Made by a program: the position numbers and the translations under genes. DNA of 12,302 nt, from assembly GCA_032128375.1 (NCBI GenBank), contig JAQBGU010000125.1, positions 1 to 12,302 on the forward strand. Direction: 5' to 3'. This document shows, piece by piece, positions 7,297 through 12,302 of the stretch. The notes under the pieces are model-generated. The model saw only the letters and a list, made by a program, of their open reading frames with translations. It had not been told where the DNA came from and searched no databases. The first letter of the stretch is position 1, and each line of letters begins with the position of its first letter. This DNA comes from Deltaproteobacteria bacterium. GTDB lineage: Bacteria; Myxococcota_A; UBA9160; SMWR01.

Positions 7297-8466
7297 ATGA
7301 CCGAAAGCGAAGCCCGGGCGGCGAGCGAAGCAGAAGCAAAGGAGGCTCTGGGATCGGGAACAGCGCTCGGGTCGCACGAGATGCCCGGCGAACTGATCGA
7401 TGTGAGAACCGAGGAGAGATTCGACGCAGCGGCCGTCGCCGACTACCTGCGAGACAAACTGGAAGGCGGCGACCGGCCACTCACCGTCCGACAGTTTCCT
7501 GGAGGCCACGCGAACCTCACGTATCTCTTGCGCTTCGGCGGACCAGGCTCGGGCTCGGACAGAAGCCAAGACAAGGGCTCCATCGAGTATGTGTTGCGGC
7601 GCCCGCCGCTCGGACCTGTCGCGAAGTCCAGTCACGATATGCACCGCGAATATCGAGCGTTGTCGAAGCTGTGGCAGAAGTTTCCGCTGGCTCCCAGGGC
7701 GTTTTTGTACTGTGACGACAAGGCCATCCTCGGTGCCGAATTCGTCGTGATGGAGCGGCGCCGCGGCGTCGTGGTACGCGGCGCAGTTCCGGAAGTGTTC
7801 GGCGGCGGGAGCGACCACGTCGCGAATCGCAAGCTGTCCGAGGTCGTCGTGGGCTGTCTCGCGGACTTCCACGCGGTCGACCCCGCTGGTGTTGGACTCG
7901 AAGAACTCGGCAAGCCCGAGGGATTCCTCGAGCGTCAGGTCAGCGGCTGGGCGGGTCGCTACGAGCGGGCCAAGACGGATGATGGCGCGATCGCGGGCGA
8001 AGTTGCGGATTGGCTGACCAACAACCTGCCCACGTCGCCGCCGGCCTCGCTGGTTCACAACGATTGGAAGCTCGACAATATGGCGATCGCCGAAAGCGAC
8101 CCGGGTCGCTGCGTGGCGGTCTACGACTGGGATATGTGCACGATCGGCGACCCATTGTGCGATCTCGGTACGCTGCTCGGCTTGTGGAGTGATCGCGGAG
8201 AATCGGCGGCTGGCTCGAACCCGATGCCAACTCAAGCCGAAGGCTTCATGAGCCGCGACGAGGCCGTGGCGTACTACGCAGATCGGTCGGGTCTCGATTC
8301 GAAGACGGTCCCGTACTACGTCGTGTTCGGGACATTCAAGATGGCCGTGGTGCTCCAACAGATCTACTTCCGCTATTACAACGGGCAAACAAGCGATGCG
8401 CGATTCGCTGGGCTAGGCCAGCTCGCAGAGGGTCTGTTCCGGCTCGCCGCGGAGCGACGCGATTGA
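7297..8466 (+). CDS. APH/choline-kinase-like phosphotransferase, ACAD10/11 N-terminal or LvaA-like subfamily
   Basis: QFPGGHANLTY, VLRRPPLGPVAKSSHDMHREY, Brenner motif LVHNDWKLDN, VAVYDWDMCTIGDPLCDLG and FKMAVVLQQIYFRY. Start is uncertain (7279, 7294, 7297 or 7381). Confidence 0.88.
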   Translation: MTESEARAASEAEAKEALGSGTALGSHEMPGELIDVRTEERFDAAAVADYLRDKLEGGDRPLTVRQFPGGHANLTYLLRFGGPGSGSDRSQDKGSIEYVLRRPPLGPVAKSSHDMHREYRALSKLWQKFPLAPRAFLYCDDKAILGAEFVVMERRRGVVVRGAVPEVFGGGSDHVANRKLSEVVVGCLADFHAVDPAGVGLEELGKPEGFLERQVSGWAGRYERAKTDDGAIAGEVADWLTNNLPTSPPASLVHNDWKLDNMAIAESDPGRCVAVYDWDMCTIGDPLCDLGTLLGLWSDRGESAAGSNPMPTQAEGFMSRDEAVAYYADRSGLDSKTVPYYVVFGTFKMAVVLQQIYFRYYNGQTSDARFAGLGQLAEGLFRLAAERRD

Positions 8467-8516
8467 GCGCTATCGCATAGAACCGAATCCCGCGAGACGG
8501 GAAGCTGGAGGAAGAC

Positions 8517-9026
8517 ATGTCTGACGATGGATTCACATTCCCAGTCGATCTCACGACGATCATGCTGTTTGCCAGCGCGTTAGGCGAAACGAATCGCGCC
8601 TACTATGACGCTGAATACGCGAAGAACAACCACCTCGGTGGTGTGATCCCCCCACCGACTTTTGCGATTTCGGGTGCACACTGGGATCCCAATGCGGGTC
8701 TGCGGGGCGTCCGCCAGATTCCAGCACCGGCTCCCCAGCCCGAGAAACCCCAGAAGACGAATTCATCTGAAGGCGACGGGGGCAGCAGCCGCGATGTCGG
8801 GCGTCTGCTTCACGGCGAGCAGCGCTTCATCTACCACAAGCCGCTGCACCCTGGAACTGTGCTGACCGTGACCCGAAAGCCCGGCAAACGCTGGGAGAAG
8901 GAAGGCAAGCGTGGCGGTGTCATGCGCTTCAGCGAGAATGTGACGGAATACCGCGATGAGAGCGGCGAATTGGTGATGACCGCGATCGGCGTCGGCATCA
9001 TCACCGGCAAGGTTGTGGAGGACTAG
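8517..9026 (+). CDS. MaoC_dehydrat_N / FAS1-like hotdog-fold protein (HadA-like partner subunit)
   Basis: FASALGETNRAYYD...GGVIPPPTF and LLHGEQRFIYHKPLHPG. SD GGAGG precedes the ATG. It lacks the D-x4-H catalytic dyad. Confidence 0.85.
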   Translation: MSDDGFTFPVDLTTIMLFASALGETNRAYYDAEYAKNNHLGGVIPPPTFAISGAHWDPNAGLRGVRQIPAPAPQPEKPQKTNSSEGDGGSSRDVGRLLHGEQRFIYHKPLHPGTVLTVTRKPGKRWEKEGKRGGVMRFSENVTEYRDESGELVMTAIGVGIITGKVVED

Positions 9027-9027
9027 G

Positions 9028-9459
9028 GTGTCGAATCCGAAGTTGAATTGCAGTCAATTGCGCATTGGCGATGAACGCGAAATGGTGGTCGTCGAAAACC
9101 TGACACGAACCCAGATAGTCCAGTACGCCGGCGCATCTGGTGACTTCAACCCGATTCACCACGACGAAAAGTTCGCGACTGAATCGGCCGGCTATCCGTC
9201 TGTGTTCTCCCACGGAATGCTGAGCATGGGACTCACTGGCAAATTGCTGACGGAATGGCTCGGCGATGGTGTGCTGCGCGAATTCGGCGTGCGTTTCGTC
9301 GGGCAGGTCTGGCCTGGCGATACGCTGACCGCCAAGGGCACCGTGAAATCGGTCGAGACCGACGGCGGCGAAGGCATCGTCGAGATCGAACTCGTAACGC
9401 TGAACCAGAATGGCCGGCCGGTGATCACAGGAGAAGCGAAGGCATCGCTGCCTTGCTGA
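9028..9459 (+). CDS. MaoC-family (R)-specific enoyl-CoA hydratase/dehydratase, catalytic subunit (HadB-like)
   Basis: Hydratase-2 motif YAGASGDFNPIHHD, plus HGMLSMG and VRFVGQVWPGDTL. The GTG at 9028 has SD GGAGG (9017-9021) and lies 1 nt after the upstream stop. Confidence 0.9.
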   Translation: MSNPKLNCSQLRIGDEREMVVVENLTRTQIVQYAGASGDFNPIHHDEKFATESAGYPSVFSHGMLSMGLTGKLLTEWLGDGVLREFGVRFVGQVWPGDTLTAKGTVKSVETDGGEGIVEIELVTLNQNGRPVITGEAKASLPC

Positions 9460-9558
9460 GGCTCGCTATTGGCGTGCTCGAGAGTTCGCCGAAGACTGGG
9501 CTGAAGGCTCTCCGCAGGCCGGCGACTTGAATGCACGCTTGAATGCTTACCGGAATAT

Positions 9559-11028
9559 TCAGTTGAGCCTCGAGTCCAGCTGGCGGGAGCGATCGAGCAG
9601 TGTCTTGGCATTGGCCGTATCGCCGAGCGCGCGCAATACGACGCTGAGCCGGAAGATCACCACCGGGTCGTTGGGAGACAGCGCTTGCGCCGCTTCGAGG
9701 TGCACTTTGGCGGACTCGGGGTCCGAAGGCGTCATCTTGTACAGCGCCCAACCGAGCGCTGAACGATAGTCTGCTTCGTCCGGCCATATCTCGACCGCCG
9801 GAACCAGAAAATCCAACGCGACTTTGAACTTGCCCTGCCGAAGCAGCACTTCGCCCTTGCGATACAGCGTCTCGGCGTTGGCCAGCCGTTCTGCATCGAT
9901 TTCGCCGTGGCCAGATCCCAGTGACGCGTCGTATTCGCGGCGTCGGTCTGGCTTCGAAAGCACTGCATGTGCCTTACCGATCGCGGCGAATACCTTACCG
10001 GCCTGACTGCGGATGTTCTCGTCGAGCCGCGCTCGGGCCAGCGCGTCCGGATGGTAGGTCTTCGCGGCCAGCAGGTATGCGCTGCGGATCTCCGCAGCGT
10101 CCGCGTTCTGATCGGCACCGAGTAGTTGGTAGTGATTCGATTCGGCCAGCCGGCCGAATTTGTCGACGATCTCCTGCTGGAAGTCGCCCCCGAACGACGG
10201 CTGGTGACCCGCGCCAGCAGAAGTTTCCGTCTCTTCGCACGGCGTTTCGACATCGCTCGTCACGACCTCCAACTCCAACTCGATGGGTAGCGCTGTGTCC
10301 TTGGAACTCTTGGGCGTGTCGCGGTATTCGAAGGCCTCGCCGACGTCGAGTAGCCAGGCCGCGGCCATCGCACGCGGCGTCGAGGCCGCCTGCAGCGCCT
10401 GCCACAGGGTTGACGATCCGTTCAATTGGGCGAGTAGGGCGACAACGGCCCGGTCGGATCGGAGTCGCGCCCCGATAGCCGCGTACCGGACGGTTCGGAC
10501 GGGATAGAGTCTCATCTTGGGCTCGAGCGCGACGAGTACGCGATCGGTGTTCCAATGAGTCTCGATTCCCTCCTGCACGAGCGAATACAAATCGGCGCGA
10601 AACGGGTGCGCATCATCAGGTGGCTTCACGTTGGGATCGATCGAGAAACTCCCTCGTGGCCAGCCGAAGCACTCGAGCAGCCGAACGCGTACCTGATCTC
10701 TCAATGCGACGAACAGCTCACGGGGCTCGATGAGGCGCAATTCGAGCAGGGCGTTGCCTTCCTTGCATGGCTTTTTCTCGACCAGGGCGACAATTTTCGC
10801 GTAGTCCAGCCGCGAAATCTTGCCGGCGTCCATCAGTTGAACGCCGAGACTCTCGCTGGCCAGATTCGACTCCGCGAAGACGGGTGCGCCGCGATCGAAC
10901 AGGACGGCCTTCTTGCAACGGCCGTGCTCGAGTTCGAGACGTCCGCAGAACTGGGCGCGATGCATGTCCATCAACAGATGCGGAAGTGAGCTTTGCTCCA
11001 GGTTACCACTGGCGGGGATTGCGACCAT
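9559..11028 (-). CDS. DUF4388/PATAN-like + J-domain + TPR protein (class C DnaJ-like co-chaperone)
   Basis: N-terminal SGNLEQSSLPHLL...GRLELEHGRCKKAVLFDRGAPVFAESN...SLGVQLMDAGKI...FGWPRGSFS is DUF4388-like. The J-domain NHYQLLG...EIRSAYLLAAKTYHPD...KAHAVLSKPDRRREYD has HPD at 10045-10053. C-terminal TPR repeats (AETLYRKGEVLL...AVEIWPDEADYRSALGWALY...ALSPNDP). Confidence 0.88.
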   Translation of the reverse strand: MVAIPASGNLEQSSLPHLLMDMHRAQFCGRLELEHGRCKKAVLFDRGAPVFAESNLASESLGVQLMDAGKISRLDYAKIVALVEKKPCKEGNALLELRLIEPRELFVALRDQVRVRLLECFGWPRGSFSIDPNVKPPDDAHPFRADLYSLVQEGIETHWNTDRVLVALEPKMRLYPVRTVRYAAIGARLRSDRAVVALLAQLNGSSTLWQALQAASTPRAMAAAWLLDVGEAFEYRDTPKSSKDTALPIELELEVVTSDVETPCEETETSAGAGHQPSFGGDFQQEIVDKFGRLAESNHYQLLGADQNADAAEIRSAYLLAAKTYHPDALARARLDENIRSQAGKVFAAIGKAHAVLSKPDRRREYDASLGSGHGEIDAERLANAETLYRKGEVLLRQGKFKVALDFLVPAVEIWPDEADYRSALGWALYKMTPSDPESAKVHLEAAQALSPNDPVVIFRLSVVLRALGDTANAKTLLDRSRQLDSRLN

Positions 11029-11031
11029 GAT

Positions 11032-12150
11032 TCAGGATGGGCGGCGCTGTGCGGCGGCGATCTGGAAAGCGGTCGCGATCGCTGTGGGCAGATCCTTGAT
11101 GATGAACAGCGGCTGACGCTCGAGGTCGGCAACGGCCGGTTCAGACATGGGCGTAGTCGCCGCAAAGATCGCCTCGGCCCCCCATGCCTCGATCAGGTCG
11201 AGGGTCTGTTCGAGTGCTACAGCACCGAATGCATCGTCGATGATCGCGCCGGACAGATCGACGACGACCACCGAAACATCGCGGGCGGCCGGGTCGCGGC
11301 CGAGCAGATCGACAGCCCTGAGTGCCTCATCCCCGCTCGCAAACGGAATCACCATGACCGGGCCCCAGATGTGGACCACCGATTCGAGTTGTTCGCTATT
11401 CCCGCGCGGAGTCACGTGCGAGAAGGTCTCTTCGAGCTCACGAAAGTGTCGCGCCGCGTCGCGCCGTGCTTCGCGGTTGAGTCGGATCAAATCGCGCAGC
11501 GCGTCGAAGGGCAGGGAGTCCAGCATGGCCGCTGCAGCGGCATCGCCGCATGCGCGCCATTGGGCGACCTCGTGCGCGGTGAACTCGCAACTCGCTGAAC
11601 CGAAAGCACTGCAGTTCGACTCGATCGCGAGTATGTCGGCCTCCAGCGTTCCGGAAAGCCAACCTGAGGTATACCCCGCGGTCAAGAAACAGATTGGGTG
11701 ATCGGGTTGGCCTAACGCTCCCAGTACTGCGAGCGCCTCGTCGCGCTGTGGCCAGTTTCCCTTCACGGCGATGGATGCGCGTTGTTCCTCGCTTCCATCC
11801 CCGCCTACCCCGATGCACATCCGGATGGCTAGTGGAGGTGAGACCAGCGGAGGCGACGCGCCGGCTGAGTCGTTCCAGGACCGCTCCGCAAACGCGACCT
11901 GCACCGCATCGAAGGCGTCCTGTAAGCCGTGCAAGAATCCCATCTGCAGCAACGCGATGTCCGCCGTCGAATCGCCGAGTTCCTCGAGCAATTCCGCGTG
12001 CAGAGCTCCCAGGAAATTGCGGTCGAGCAACAAACCCGGATCTCGCAACAAGATGGCGTCGGGGGCGAAATGCAGACATGCCAGACCCGGAGCAGCTGTG
12101 ACGTTGTTGTCGGCAGCACCGCTGGCATTCTTGGGGGATTTTCCGTTCAA
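11032..12150 (-). CDS. XylR_N/V4R sensor domain fused to an RsbR/RsbS-like STAS domain
   Basis: FLGALHAELLEELG...LLQMGFLHGLQDA resembles XylR_N. PICFLTAGYTSGWLS...IESNCSAFGSASCEF is V4R with C/E/C/C Zn ligands. The C-terminal VVHIWGPVMVIPF...VVVVDLSGAIIDD...LDLIEAWGAEAIFA...DLPTAIATA is STAS-like. TTG start, 3 nt after the upstream stop. Confidence 0.8.
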   Translation of the reverse strand: MNGKSPKNASGAADNNVTAAPGLACLHFAPDAILLRDPGLLLDRNFLGALHAELLEELGDSTADIALLQMGFLHGLQDAFDAVQVAFAERSWNDSAGASPPLVSPPLAIRMCIGVGGDGSEEQRASIAVKGNWPQRDEALAVLGALGQPDHPICFLTAGYTSGWLSGTLEADILAIESNCSAFGSASCEFTAHEVAQWRACGDAAAAAMLDSLPFDALRDLIRLNREARRDAARHFRELEETFSHVTPRGNSEQLESVVHIWGPVMVIPFASGDEALRAVDLLGRDPAARDVSVVVVDLSGAIIDDAFGAVALEQTLDLIEAWGAEAIFAATTPMSEPAVADLERQPLFIIKDLPTAIATAFQIAAAQRRPS

Positions 12151-12153
12151 CCT

Positions 12154-12300
12154 CTAGCCCTCGATGAACTCGTAGATGTCGAATTTCTGGTCTTTCTTGA
12201 TGAAGCTCTCACCTTCCCGGTCGAGCAATCGAAGGAACGCGCTCGTGCAGGAAGGATCGAACTGGCTGCCGGCAAACTTGTTCAGTTCCGAAACCACCCG
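12154..12300 (-). CDS. C-terminus of an HD-GYP domain protein (cyclic-dinucleotide phosphodiesterase family), truncated by the window edge
   Basis: Not in the ORF track. Manual - strand translation gives RVVSELNKFAGSQFDPSCTSAFLRLLDREGESFIKKDQKFDIYEFIEG*. EL-x3-AGSQFDP-x4-AFL is the characteristic HD-GYP C-terminal motif. Confidence 0.8.
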   Translation of the reverse strand, partial: RVVSELNKFAGSQFDPSCTSAFLRLLDREGESFIKKDQKFDIYEFIEG

Positions 12301-12302
12301 GT

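Noticed and set aside
7153..8388. 411-aa minus-strand ORF
   Set aside because: Antisense shadow of the motif-rich phosphotransferase. It has no recognisable motifs, and such ORFs are expected in GC-rich DNA.
7297..8466. Aminoglycoside resistance gene (APH fold)
   Set aside because: The motifs (RRPP, HDMxRE, IGDPLxDLG) and lipid-metabolism neighbours fit the ACAD10/11-like subfamily, and there is no mobile context.
9559..11028. Canonical dnaJ
   Set aside because: The J-domain is internal, and there is no G/F region, CxxCxGxG zinc finger or DnaJ C-terminal domain, so no gene symbol is assigned.
9921..12157. Plus-strand ORFs of 128-201 aa over the minus-strand operon
   Set aside because: Antisense shadows of the J-domain and V4R-STAS genes with no motifs of their own.

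Overview
GC-rich bacterial chromosomal window. The gene content (DUF4388-J-TPR protein, sigma54 promoter, XylR-type V4R sensor) suggests Myxococcota or a related deltaproteobacterial lineage; this is inference only. The + strand carries the 3' end of probable uvrB, uvrC, a Coq4-motif (HDxxH-x11-E) protein, a small helical hypothetical protein behind a near-consensus sigma54 promoter, comEC/rec2, a GT-C (ArnT/PMT-like) membrane glycosyltransferase, an ACAD10/11- or LvaA-like phosphotransferase and a pair of MaoC/hotdog dehydratase subunits. Converging on the - strand is a tightly packed run with 3-nt gaps: an HD-GYP phosphodiesterase (3' end only), a XylR_N/V4R zinc sensor fused to a degenerate RsbR-like STAS domain, and a DUF4388 + J-domain (HPD) + TPR co-chaperone. 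This last run is the best candidate for an undescribed signalling system. I saw no rRNA, tRNA, CRISPR array or mobile element. All family assignments come from motif recognition by eye, not from database searches.
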